Below, piece by piece: positions 19,103 through 28,568 of a stretch of 64,000 nucleotides of DNA. Positions within the stretch are counted from its first letter, which is position 1; every line of letters starts with the position of its first letter. Source of the DNA: Dehalococcoidia bacterium (GTDB lineage Bacteria > Chloroflexota > Dehalococcoidia > Lucifugimonadales > G963668185). A program made the position numbers and the translations under genes. The stretch is from NCBI GenBank assembly GCA_965249225.1, contig CBDFLT010000007.1:88894-152893 (forward strand), in the 5' to 3' direction. Below the pieces are notes generated by a model. The model ran no database searches and was not told the DNA's origin. It saw nothing but the letters and a program-made list of their open reading frames with translations.

Positions 19103-20624
19103 CACGCAAGCCTTCCTGCTGGAAGTATGCCTCCAGAGCATCGACCAGCCCGGCCGTGGTGTACTCTTCTGCTACTATAGCAACTTTCAACCCCAGCGCT
19201 CTAGCGGTCGCGGTAGTTATGGGCCCTATGCACGCTATCGTCGCCTCGGAAAGCCCATCCAGGTTTCCGTCCAGAAGCCCGGCGAGGTTGGTTACCGTAG
19301 AAGAGCTGGTGAAAGTGACCGCGTCCACTCCCGTGGAAAGGATTTCCGCTACTCGCGACTTGGAGTCTTCAGGGGTAACCGTTCGATACGCCTCTATCTC
19401 GTGGACCATCGCACCCGCGCGGGCGAGTCCTTCGCTCAACACGTCGCGCCCTTCTTGTGCGCGGGGTATAAGGATTTTGGCGCCCTTGATGTTCTTTCCA
19501 GCCATGCCTTCAACCACCGACTCGGATACGAACCTGTCGGGGACGAAATCGGCGACGATGCCCCTTTCCTCCACGCTGGCCGCCGTGGCCGGTCCGATGG
19601 CGGCGACCTTGGCGCCGTGGAACGCCCTGGAGTCCAGGCCTAGGGCCTGCAACCGCTTGAACACGATATCCACTGCGTTGGCGCTGGTGAAGACCACCCA
19701 CTCATAGTCGCCTAGTTGACGTATCGACGAGTCAAGCTCACTGTAGTCCTCCAGCGGCTGGATCTCTATGGTGGGCAGCTCTATGGCGTGCGCTCCCATG
19801 CTCGACAGGAGTTCGGAGAGCTGTCCAGCCTGCGTTCGGGACCGCGTTACCAGCACCCGTTTGCCGAAGAGGGGGCGCTTGTCGAACCAACGCAGCCGTT
19901 CACGGAGGCTCACCGCCTCGCCTATGACCGCGACTACGGGTGGCTCGAGGCCCGCGTCCTTTCCTTTGGACACGATGTCCGAGAGGGTGCCGACTACCGT
20001 CTGCTGGTACGGCTCCGTGCCCCAGCGGACCAGAGCCGCGGGTGTCTCGGGGGCCCGGCCGTGCCGCGTCAGCGAGTCGACGATGCCGGGTAGGCTTTCC
20101 CATCCCATCAGCACGACCAGGGTGCCACCCGCTTGGGCCAGCTTTTCCCATGCTATCCCGGACTCCGGCTTATCGGGAGACTCGCTGCCGGTAACAACGG
20201 TAAAATGTGATCCCACTTCCCTATGCGTCAGGGGTATGCCCGCATACGCGGGCGCGGCGACCGCAGACGTGACACCGGGAACGACCTCAAACGGGACGCC
20301 GTTTGCCGCCAGGAACTCCGCCTCCTCTCCTCCTCGACCGAACACGAAGGGGTCGCCTCCCTTTAAGCGCACGACCCGCTTGCCCTCCCGTGCCTTCGAC
20401 ACCAGCAGGGTATTGATCTCCTCCTGTCGGTTGTGCGTCCCACCCGGCGCCTTGCCCACGTCGAGCACCTCGGCTTGATCGTGGGCGCGCGCCACTATGC
20501 GTCTGTCGACGAGTCGGTCGCAGACGATGACGTCGGCCGTTTCGACGCACTTGAGGCCCTTGACCGTGATGAGCCCGGGGTCGCCCGGTCCCGCGCCGAC
20601 CAGGAAGACTTTGCCGGCACTCAT
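19095..20624 (-). CDS. cobA: Uroporphyrinogen-III C-methyltransferase / uroporphyrinogen-III synthase fusion (CobA-HemD)
   Basis: VGAGPGDPGLIT, RLKGGDPFVFGRGGEE, then HemD PLFGKRVLVTR, FTSANAV, FTSSSTV. Confidence 0.95.
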   Translation of the reverse strand: MSAGKVFLVGAGPGDPGLITVKGLKCVETADVIVCDRLVDRRIVARAHDQAEVLDVGKAPGGTHNRQEEINTLLVSKAREGKRVVRLKGGDPFVFGRGGEEAEFLAANGVPFEVVPGVTSAVAAPAYAGIPLTHREVGSHFTVVTGSESPDKPESGIAWEKLAQAGGTLVVLMGWESLPGIVDSLTRHGRAPETPAALVRWGTEPYQQTVVGTLSDIVSKGKDAGLEPPVVAVIGEAVSLRERLRWFDKRPLFGKRVLVTRSRTQAGQLSELLSSMGAHAIELPTIEIQPLEDYSELDSSIRQLGDYEWVVFTSANAVDIVFKRLQALGLDSRAFHGAKVAAIGPATAASVEERGIVADFVPDRFVSESVVEGMAGKNIKGAKILIPRAQEGRDVLSEGLARAGAMVHEIEAYRTVTPEDSKSRVAEILSTGVDAVTFTSSSTVTNLAGLLDGNLDGLSEATIACIGPITTATARALGLKVAIVAEEYTTAGLVDALEAYFQQEGLRDE

Positions 20625-20630
20625 TGCAGC

Positions 20631-21554
20631 TCACCCAAGTGTCACAACCTCCTTCGCTCCGGCCTCCAGAAGAGCCTCAGCCGTCCGGCGTCCGGCGGCC
20701 TGTGGGTCGCCGGCGTCATGGTCTGCGCTCACCCGGACGACCCTGTCGCCGTCGGGCGAAGCAGCCATAGCGGAGATGTGGAGCTGGTTGCCCTCCAGTC
20801 TTGCGTAAGCCGCCACAGGCGACTCGCAGCTTCCCCCGATGGCCGTGAGGAACGCTCTCTCAGCCTCTAGCGTGAGGACGGTTGGCCGGTGTTCGACTTC
20901 GGACATCATCCCGATTAACCCCGTGTCTTCAGACCGCGCCTCCGCCGCCAGCGTACCCTGTCCCACGTCCGGGGTGCAGATCTCAGGCGACAGGTACTCG
21001 GTGATCTCCGACTCCCGCCCAAGCCGCAACAAGCCGGCGGCCGCCAGGACGACGCCATCGTAGTCCTGGCCACGGGCCTTCTCGAGCCGAGTGCCCACGT
21101 TTCCCCTGATGGGAATGATCTCTAAGTCCGGGCGGACCGATTTCAATAAGGCAGTACGCCTTGGGCTGCTGGTCCCCATCCGGGCCGCCGGAGGCAGCTC
21201 CATCAGGGGCACCCCCCACCGGTTGACCTGCACGTCCCGGGGGTCCTTGCGTCGCCCGGCGGCCCGGACGACGAGGCCGTCTGGTATGGAGGATGGTACG
21301 TCTTTGGCGCTGTGGACCGCCAGATCGATCTCGCCGCTGACAAGAGCTTTCTCGATGTCGTGCACGAACATCCCTCGCTTCATCCGCTCAAGGGACGCGC
21401 TCTTGTGGCGATCGCCATGCGTGGTGACCGGCGTCACCTCGAACTCGACCGCAGGAAATCGCCGCCTAAGCGGGCGCAAGACCTCCTCGGTTTGAGCAAT
21501 GGAGAGTGGACTGGCCCTGGAGCCAACGACAACCCGCTTGGGAGAGGACAACAC
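20631..21554 (-). CDS. hemC: Hydroxymethylbilane synthase
   Basis: GSRASPL, AVHSAKD, GTSSPRR, RGNVGTRL, AERAFL..IGGSCESP (cofactor Cys). Confidence 0.95.
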   Translation of the reverse strand: MLSSPKRVVVGSRASPLSIAQTEEVLRPLRRRFPAVEFEVTPVTTHGDRHKSASLERMKRGMFVHDIEKALVSGEIDLAVHSAKDVPSSIPDGLVVRAAGRRKDPRDVQVNRWGVPLMELPPAARMGTSSPRRTALLKSVRPDLEIIPIRGNVGTRLEKARGQDYDGVVLAAAGLLRLGRESEITEYLSPEICTPDVGQGTLAAEARSEDTGLIGMMSEVEHRPTVLTLEAERAFLTAIGGSCESPVAAYARLEGNQLHISAMAASPDGDRVVRVSADHDAGDPQAAGRRTAEALLEAGAKEVVTLG

Positions 21555-21568
21555 GTCAGTTACCGGTT

Positions 21569-22294
21569 TCAGTCCGCTGGAGCCGAGACCTTCTGCCCTT
21601 CCAGGCCCGAGGTGAGCGTCTCCTCATCCCACATCTTGCACGTCCCGTTCGGGCAGTCACAGTCGGCTCCAATCATCAGGTTAGATATGATGGTCTTCAT
21701 GGCTTCTTCTGAGGCGCCTTCGCGGACCAGCTCCATTACCTCCTCGGTTATGGACGCCTGCCAGTGGTCGGCGATGATGGTTGCGCCTCGTCGCCGCAGC
21801 TCCGCTCGCGCGTCCCTTAGCAGAGGGGCCAAATCCGCGTACTCGAGTATAGGGCTCCTGGACAGCTCCTGTCGAAACTTCCTGGCGAGGGCCGGGCTCG
21901 CCCCTCCAGTGGATGTCGCTATTGTGACCTCGCCGCGCCTTACTACCGACGGTGCGATGAAGGTGCACAGGGGAGTGACGTCCACCACGTTGAGGAGGAC
22001 GTTTCTCTCCTCCGCCTCGCGGGCGATCAATCTGTTGGTCTGGTTGTCATCAGTGGCGGCGATCGCGATAAAGGCCCCCTCCAGGTCTCCGGGCCGGTAT
22101 GAGCGTTGAGCCCATGCTATCCGATTATTCTCGGCCAGATTCCGCACACTTTCGTTCACCTCTGGGCTTATGACCGCTACCTTGGCGTCGCACTCCAGCA
22201 GCTTGTGTACCTTCTCCTCACCGATGTTTCCACCGCCGATCACCACGCACAGGCGGTCTCGCACATCAATGAACGCGGGGTAGTAAGCCGGCAA
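21569..22294 (-). CDS. Precorrin-2 dehydrogenase/sirohydrochlorin ferrochelatase (SirC/Met8/CysG N-terminal type)
   Basis: YYPAFID, VVIGGG, AATDD, NVVD...C.FIAPS, STGGASPALA. Confidence 0.9.
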   Translation of the reverse strand: MPAYYPAFIDVRDRLCVVIGGGNIGEEKVHKLLECDAKVAVISPEVNESVRNLAENNRIAWAQRSYRPGDLEGAFIAIAATDDNQTNRLIAREAEERNVLLNVVDVTPLCTFIAPSVVRRGEVTIATSTGGASPALARKFRQELSRSPILEYADLAPLLRDARAELRRRGATIIADHWQASITEEVMELVREGASEEAMKTIISNLMIGADCDCPNGTCKMWDEETLTSGLEGQKVSAPAD

Positions 22295-22311
22295 ATCGCC
22301 TCCTTTAAGGT

Positions 22312-23316
22312 CTAAACGAAGTAGCGCACCCGTGTCTTTTTGTACTCGCGGGTGCTGTAGAGCAGCAGGTAGTCATCTATGCCCGTGGCCTCCGAAATCT
22401 CGCGCGCAACGTCCTCGCACTGCTCCCTGGTGGTCGCGTGAATCATGGTGAAGTGAGTGTACTGCCAGTCCGGGAAGGTGGGACGCTGGTAGCAGTGGGT
22501 GACCCATCTGGACTGGGCCATGATCTTACCCACTTCTACCGCCCGTTCCTCAGGGACCTTCCAGACCGCCATGGAGTTTTCCTTGAATCCGGCCCGTCGA
22601 TGGTGCAGGACCGCACTGTACCGCCGCAAGATGCCGCCTTTCTGGAAATCGTCTGCAAGGCGGAATAGCTCCTGCTGCGTGATCCCAAGCCTTTTGGCCA
22701 TTGGCTCGAATGGACGGGCAACCATCGGCAGGTCTTCCTGGAGTTCCCTTATCGCCTGAATGTCGAACTCCGTGACCGGCATGGCCTCGTTCCAGTTCTC
22801 GCCATTTTCGTTGTACCCGTCGGGGCTGTAATAGTCGTTGGCGGCCCCTTCCCCGGTAACCATGTCGAAGTTGACGCCTATCTTGAAAAACCTGATGGTA
22901 GGCATCACTCGGTAGGTCTCCGCGCCGGTTCGCTTGGCCATCTCAGCGATAGCGTCCTCTAGGCTTTCGTTCGGCGCCACGGCAATCGTGAACCACAGGT
23001 TGAACCGTCCGGTCCTGGCGTAGTTGTGGCTTACTCCCGGATGCTCGTTGACGATTTTGGCCCCCTCATCCAACCTGTCTGGCGCGATGCGCATAGCCAC
23101 TAGGGTGGTCTTGTATCCTAGCCGCCTGGTATCGAAGATGGCGCTGATCTGGCGGACGACGTTCTTGTCCTTCAGCCTTTTGATGCGTTCGAGCACCTCG
23201 GCCGTGTCGATTCCCAGCTCATGGCCTAGGTGCTCGAAAGGCTCCTCTACCAGAGGGAACGACGACTGTAGGGTGTTCAGGAGCCGCCGGTCGGTGAGAT
23301 CTAGGTCCGCGGCCAT
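22312..23316 (-). CDS. Fused siroheme decarboxylase AhbA-AhbB (NirDL-like, two Lrp/AsnC-type modules)
   Basis: Module 1 LQSSFPLVEEPF...GVSHNYAR...FNLWFT; module 2 LQEDLPMVARPF...VTHCYQRP..PDWQY...MIHA...YSTREYKK. Confidence 0.9.
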   Translation of the reverse strand: MAADLDLTDRRLLNTLQSSFPLVEEPFEHLGHELGIDTAEVLERIKRLKDKNVVRQISAIFDTRRLGYKTTLVAMRIAPDRLDEGAKIVNEHPGVSHNYARTGRFNLWFTIAVAPNESLEDAIAEMAKRTGAETYRVMPTIRFFKIGVNFDMVTGEGAANDYYSPDGYNENGENWNEAMPVTEFDIQAIRELQEDLPMVARPFEPMAKRLGITQQELFRLADDFQKGGILRRYSAVLHHRRAGFKENSMAVWKVPEERAVEVGKIMAQSRWVTHCYQRPTFPDWQYTHFTMIHATTREQCEDVAREISEATGIDDYLLLYSTREYKKTRVRYFV

Positions 23317-23591
23317 GCACTACCTCATGTCAGGAACGGTGTAGGGTGTGAACCGGCTAGTTTGACACGACTTATAGGAGGTCGACAGCTAATTTTCCGC
23401 GCCTGCGGTACAGGTTGATTCCGCATAAGTAGCGCATTAACTAGACTATCAGGAGGTGTGTTGGCAGTCAATCGAATCGGTGCATTGAGCAGGGTCTCTC
23501 GATGCTCTGACAACTGTCACTCTGAGAGGAGCGAAGAGTCTCCTTGAGCGATCGCGGCTACATAGCATTGTGGTGCTTAGAGGGCTATGGT

Positions 23592-24284
23592 ATGTTCATC
23601 TCGCCTTCGGTGCGAGTAACGGCAAGGGGTGAGTCGCTGCAAGATGCGAAGAGTCGTCTGCTAGACCGCCTGCGGCAAGAGATAGGCGACGAGAGGGTAG
23701 TCCAGGCGATGGGCCGGGTGCTCAGGGAGGAGTTCGTCCCAGAAGACGTAATGCACCGGGCCTATGAGGATATACCTCTCCCGATAGGCGAAGGGCAAAC
23801 GATTTCACAACCCTACATCGTGGCGGTCATGGTATCCATGCTCGAAGCGCGCCGGACCGATAGGGTGCTTGAGATCGGCACCGGCAGCGGATATCAGGCG
23901 GCTATCCTGGCCGAGCTTGCGAGCGAGGTTGTAACGGTCGAGCGCTTGGCTCCACTCGCCGACGCTGCCCGAGAGCGCCTGGCCAGGCTAGGTTACGCCA
24001 ACGTGAAAGTCTTCCCGGCGGAAATGCAGCTGGGTTGGCCGGCGGACGCTCCCTACGACGCAATCATTGTGGCGGCGGCGGCGCCTAGGCTGCCCCGCAG
24101 CTTAATGGAACAGTTGAGTGAGGATGGAAGATTAGTGGTTCCCGTGGGCTCCATCGAATCCCAGGAGCTCATGAAAGTGTTCAAGACGCCGGACTCGTAT
24201 TCGGTTCGGACGATGGGAGCTTGCAGGTTTGTTCCCCTTATCGGGGAGGGGGCCTGGCCCGAGCCTCTTCAGAGCGGCCAGTAG
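23592..24284 (+). CDS. pcm: Protein-L-isoaspartate O-methyltransferase
   Basis: AYEDIPLPIGEGQTISQPY, VLEIGTGSGYQAA, APYDAIIVAAA, CRFVPL. Confidence 0.95.
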   Translation: MFISPSVRVTARGESLQDAKSRLLDRLRQEIGDERVVQAMGRVLREEFVPEDVMHRAYEDIPLPIGEGQTISQPYIVAVMVSMLEARRTDRVLEIGTGSGYQAAILAELASEVVTVERLAPLADAARERLARLGYANVKVFPAEMQLGWPADAPYDAIIVAAAAPRLPRSLMEQLSEDGRLVVPVGSIESQELMKVFKTPDSYSVRTMGACRFVPLIGEGAWPEPLQSGQ

Positions 24285-24487
24285 CGCTTCCGTTGGCGTC
24301 TTAGATTGGTGCGCCCACCGATGTTGACCATGTTATTGCGTTGGATCGTGTCTTTCCCCCAGGGCGTGGATACATCCACACTTGCGTAGATGGAGTTCGG
24401 CTTGTCAGAAGCGCAACCGGGAGCCTATACTGAGTCGTCCTCGAATCGGCCCCCTCAGGCCACAGGGAATACAGCGATCTGCTGAAC

Positions 24488-25960
24488 GTGGAACAAGAGA
24501 CGGTAATCGGGCTGGAAGTACACGTCCAGCTTCTGACCAACAGCAAGATGTTCTGCTCGTGCAGCACGGACTATCAGGACGCTCCGCCGAACTCGGTGGT
24601 GTGTCCTATTTGTATGGGCATGCCCGGTGTTCTTCCCGTGATTAATGTGCGTGCCGTGGAATTCGTGGTACGCACCGGCCTTGCCCTCGATTGCGAGATC
24701 GCCAGCAACACCAAGTTCGACCGAAAGAACTACCCCTATCCGGACCTGATGAAGGGCTATCAGATTTCGCAATACGACCAGCCCATTGCGACCGAGGGCA
24801 AGCTTATTATCGATGTCGACGGCCACGAGAAGCTGGTGGGCTTAACCCGTGTCCACCTGGAGGAGGACGTGGCCAAGCTGCTCCATCGCTCCGATGCCGA
24901 CGGCGATGGCTACAGCCTTCTGGACATCAACCGCTCGGGCGTCCCCCTGATGGAGATAGTCAGCGAGCCTGATCTTAGGTCGGCTGAGGAGGCGCGAACC
25001 TATCTTACCGATCTGCGGTCCATCCTCCGCTACATCGGAGTCAGCACCGCCAACATGGAGGAAGGCAGCTTCCGATGTGACGCCAATATCTCCCTTCGCC
25101 CCCGTGGCTCGTCCGAGCTGGGAGCCAAGGTGGAAGTAAAGAACATGAACAGCTTTCGCTCTGTGTACCGCGCACTCAAGTACGAGGAGGAGAGGCAGAG
25201 ACGGGCACTGGAGAAGGGGCAGTCAATCGCCCAGGAGACCCGTGGTTGGGTGGAGGGCCGCGGCGTAACCGTGACGCAGCGGTCGAAGGAGTACGCATCC
25301 GACTACCGCTATTTTCCTGAGCCCGACCTACCGCCGCTGGTGATCGAACCCGGGTGGGTCGAGGAGATTCGGGAAAGCCTTCCTGAGCTTCCACGGGCCA
25401 GGAAGGCCCGCTTCATTGAGGAGTACGGCCTTCCGATCTACGACGCCGGCTTGCTGACGGTATCTAAGCCCACGGCGGACTACTTCGAGTCTGCGATGGC
25501 CGTCAAACCTTCACGCGAAATACAGCGTTCGAAGTTGGCCAAGTCGGCGAGCAACTGGATGCTGGGTGAGCTGACGCGGCTTCTGAATCTGCGTGGACAG
25601 GAAGTCACCGATGTGAAGATCGCTCCTAAAGACATAGTCGAGCTTGTTGAGCTTGTGGAAGCCGGTACGCTTAGCAGCACCATGGCCAGCACCGTCTTCG
25701 AGGAGATGTTCGATACCGGGAGTCCGCCCAGTCAGATCGTTGAGGCAGGTGGTATGGTTCAGATAAGTGACGCCGACTCCATCGGCTCGGCGATCGAAGA
25801 GGCCATATCCGCCAATCCCAAGCCGGTGGCCGACTTTCTCAACGGAAAGGAGACGGCCATGAGGTTCCTGGTTGGCCAGGTAATGAAGATCACCAGGGGA
25901 AAGGCTAATCCACAACTGGCGACCCAGCTTCTTGGAGAGAAGCTGAGTTCCATGAGGTAA
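24488..25960 (+). CDS. gatB: Asp/Glu-tRNA amidotransferase subunit B
   Basis: IGLEVHVQL, FDRKNYPYPDL, HLEED, RCDANIS, DYRYFPEPDL, GQVMK.TRGKANP. Confidence 0.97.
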   Translation: MEQETVIGLEVHVQLLTNSKMFCSCSTDYQDAPPNSVVCPICMGMPGVLPVINVRAVEFVVRTGLALDCEIASNTKFDRKNYPYPDLMKGYQISQYDQPIATEGKLIIDVDGHEKLVGLTRVHLEEDVAKLLHRSDADGDGYSLLDINRSGVPLMEIVSEPDLRSAEEARTYLTDLRSILRYIGVSTANMEEGSFRCDANISLRPRGSSELGAKVEVKNMNSFRSVYRALKYEEERQRRALEKGQSIAQETRGWVEGRGVTVTQRSKEYASDYRYFPEPDLPPLVIEPGWVEEIRESLPELPRARKARFIEEYGLPIYDAGLLTVSKPTADYFESAMAVKPSREIQRSKLAKSASNWMLGELTRLLNLRGQEVTDVKIAPKDIVELVELVEAGTLSSTMASTVFEEMFDTGSPPSQIVEAGGMVQISDADSIGSAIEEAISANPKPVADFLNGKETAMRFLVGQVMKITRGKANPQLATQLLGEKLSSMR

Positions 25961-25964
25961 CTCT

Positions 25965-27326
25965 ATGACTCGCCGTGACCCGCCAGACGCGATACCTAAC
26001 GGTGCCGTGCAACGTCAGTCTAGGCGGGCTGGGCTTGTAAAACTGCTCTACCCTGGCATCGGTATCAAGCGTTGGTTGCTTGTTGGCGCGTTGGGCATTG
26101 GGATCTGCTCGATTGGCCTGGCGTTTCTGCTGAGGAAGCTACTGGATCTCGGATTCCCGGATTTCCTGCCCTTCTATTTCGAGGGGGTGCTGTTGTTGGC
26201 GGTGGGCGTGGGCGTCATCCTGGTGTTCGTGTATGGGCTCTATCGCTCCATAGGCCCTCTGATCCTGGCCAGTGACAGCATCGACTCCCTGGCCGACACC
26301 ATATACACTCGGCGTTCACGCGGCCGTGGACCGAGGATCGTTGTAGCGGGCGGCGGCACCGGACTATCGGTCCTCCTCCGAGGCCTTAAGGCCTACACGG
26401 ACAACATTACGGCCCTGGTCACCGTGGCTGACGACGGAGGTAGCTCAGGGCGACTTCGCAGGGAGTTGGGGGTTTTGCCTCCAGGCGACTTCCGCAACTG
26501 TCTGGTGGCGATGTCGGATGCGGAGTCGCTGTTGACGGACCTGTTCCAACACCGATTCGACCACGGTGACGGGCTTGAGGGTCACAGCTTCGGAAACCTG
26601 TTCATAGCTGCGATGACCGACGTCTCCGGCAGCTTCGAGCGCGCTCTCCAGGAATCCAGCAGGGTCCTGGCGGTCCACGGTCGGATTCTCCCGGCGACGG
26701 TGGCCAATCTAAGCCTCTCGGCTCGGCTTAAGGACGGCGCGACAGTGCATGGCGAGTCCACCATAGGCGAGTGTGGGGGCAAGATAGAACGGCTGCGTAT
26801 CGAGCCCGCAAACGCGGAGGCGTATCCAGCGGCGGTTGAGTCGATACGAGAGGCTCAGTTTATCGTGATAGGTCCGGGCAGCTTGTACACCAGTGTCCTG
26901 CCCAATCTGCTGGTCTCGGGTATCGCGGACGCGGTCAGGGTGTCGGATGCACCAAAGGCGTATGTGTGCAACGTGGCGACACAGAAGGGTGAGACCGACG
27001 GGTACACGGTCGCCGACCACGTTGAGGCGTTGCAGGCGCATACGTTCCCGGAGGTTGTCGACTACGTGGTAGTCCACAGCAAGCCGACCGAGCTTGGCTC
27101 ACGGTATCTCGGCGATCCTGTTGTCAGCGACGGCAACCCCCTGAAACACGCCGTGGTGGAATCGGCCGACCTCGTTGACAGGGACCGCCTGGTGCGGCAC
27201 GACTCCGAGAAGCTGGCGAAGGTGCTTATGGGTATCTACCAGCGGAGTCGCAAGAACGGGCCGAGGTCCCGGAACGGGGTCCTGTCTCGCCTGTCGATCA
27301 TGGGCAGGGCCGAAAAAAGGCTCTGA
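25965..27326 (+). CDS. yvcK: YvcK/GlmR-family (CofD-like) protein with N-terminal TM helices
   Basis: GGGTGLS, VADDGGSSGRLR, PPGDFRNCL, GHSFGNL, GPGSLYTSV, RHD. Confidence 0.9.
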   Translation: MTRRDPPDAIPNGAVQRQSRRAGLVKLLYPGIGIKRWLLVGALGIGICSIGLAFLLRKLLDLGFPDFLPFYFEGVLLLAVGVGVILVFVYGLYRSIGPLILASDSIDSLADTIYTRRSRGRGPRIVVAGGGTGLSVLLRGLKAYTDNITALVTVADDGGSSGRLRRELGVLPPGDFRNCLVAMSDAESLLTDLFQHRFDHGDGLEGHSFGNLFIAAMTDVSGSFERALQESSRVLAVHGRILPATVANLSLSARLKDGATVHGESTIGECGGKIERLRIEPANAEAYPAAVESIREAQFIVIGPGSLYTSVLPNLLVSGIADAVRVSDAPKAYVCNVATQKGETDGYTVADHVEALQAHTFPEVVDYVVVHSKPTELGSRYLGDPVVSDGNPLKHAVVESADLVDRDRLVRHDSEKLAKVLMGIYQRSRKNGPRSRNGVLSRLSIMGRAEKRL

Positions 27327-27394
27327 CTTGGTTTCTATAGTCACCCAGTGGGCTATAATGGTGTGGCAAGAGCTAGAATTATTGAAAGGCGCAA

Positions 27395-27613
27395 ATGCAG
27401 ACGCCAGCTAACTGGTTGCAGATTTTCGTGGCCCTTCTTCTGATCGTTACCGTGCTTCTACAGGTGAAAGGCCAGGGCACCGGTCTGTTCGGTTCGGCCG
27501 AGGGTTCCTACCGAACCCGTCGGGGAGTGGAAAAGGCCCTGTTCCAGTTCACCATCGTCCTGATTGGCATCTTCATAGCCATTTCCATCATTAGCGTTCG
27601 GGTCTTCAATTAG
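27395..27613 (+). CDS. secG: Preprotein translocase subunit SecG
   Basis: Two TM helices with LLQ.KG.G.GLFG...YRTRRGVEK; TATAAT at 27354-27359. Confidence 0.9.
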   Translation: MQTPANWLQIFVALLLIVTVLLQVKGQGTGLFGSAEGSYRTRRGVEKALFQFTIVLIGIFIAISIISVRVFN

Positions 27614-27650
27614 TCGCCCGATACGCCCCTCTGGCTGCACTCCCGATTAA

Positions 27651-28502
27651 ATGGCCCACCCCGTTGTGACGCTGACCACCGACTTCGGCGCACGAGACGG
27701 CTACGTTGGTGCCATGAAGGGAGTGGTCCTGGGCATCAGCCCCGGTGTCACCCTGATTGACATCTCGCACGAGGTTCCACCACAGGACATCGTCCACGCG
27801 GCTTTCGTCCTTAGGACCGCGTACCGCTACTTCCCGCCCGACGGCATCCACGTTTGCGTCGTGGACCCAGGTGTGGGCACGTCACGGAGGCCGCTTCTCC
27901 TTGAGACCCCGGCCGGTCGGTTCGTCGCGCCAGACAATGGCGTGCTCACCTACGCGCTGATGGACCACCGGGCCTTGGCCGACGAAGGCGGGCCGGGTGC
28001 ACAAGCGGGATTCATGGAGCCGCGGTCTGTGCCGGTGCCGGACTCATGCTCGGCATATGTGCTGAACCGTGAAGAGTTCTGGCTTCGTCCGTTGAGCAAC
28101 ACCTTTCATGGCCGCGATATCTTCGCTCCTGTGGCGGCGCACCTGTCCCTGGGTGTCGCGGCGGAGGAACTCGGCGATCTTGTTGAAGAGGCGGTTTGCC
28201 TCAGCGTCCCGGAGCCGGAGGAAAGCGAGGGCTTGATTACAGGCCGGATTATTCACGTCGATGGGTACGGAAACCTGGTCAGCAATATACCGCCGGGAAT
28301 GATAGTTGGCGACCCGGCCGAGGTGCGGGTTGGAGGGCGGCGCATTAGCGGGCTGAGCGGGTCTTTCGAGGGTGGTAGGGAGCTGCTGGCGATCGCTGGA
28401 AGCCACGGCTACATCGAGATCGCCGTCGAGAACGGCAGCGCGGCGGAAACACTGGGGATCGGCCTGGGCGCCAGGATGACCGTCTCGCTGGGCGACGCTT
28501 AG
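27651..28502 (+). CDS. SAM hydroxide adenosyltransferase (DUF62; SAM hydrolase/halogenase family)
   Basis: TLTTDFG, VVDPGVGTSRR, FVAPDNG, SNTFHGRDIFAP, DGYGN. Confidence 0.9.
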   Translation: MAHPVVTLTTDFGARDGYVGAMKGVVLGISPGVTLIDISHEVPPQDIVHAAFVLRTAYRYFPPDGIHVCVVDPGVGTSRRPLLLETPAGRFVAPDNGVLTYALMDHRALADEGGPGAQAGFMEPRSVPVPDSCSAYVLNREEFWLRPLSNTFHGRDIFAPVAAHLSLGVAAEELGDLVEEAVCLSVPEPEESEGLITGRIIHVDGYGNLVSNIPPGMIVGDPAEVRVGGRRISGLSGSFEGGRELLAIAGSHGYIEIAVENGSAAETLGIGLGARMTVSLGDA

Positions 28503-28568
28503 CTGAGCTTGGCCCCGGCCACGGCCTGAGAAGCGGTCTCCCCCCTCGTTGTTAATTTGGAGGCGCTT

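Noticed and set aside
22312-23316. Lrp/AsnC transcriptional regulator
   Set aside because: HNYxR and HCYxR motifs in tandem modules, next to siroheme genes, identify siroheme decarboxylase
27651-28502. Possible fluorinase or chlorinase
   Set aside because: Retains the Asp-Arg-His residues (DPGVGTSRR, TFHGRD) of DUF62 SAM hydrolases and is in a housekeeping context
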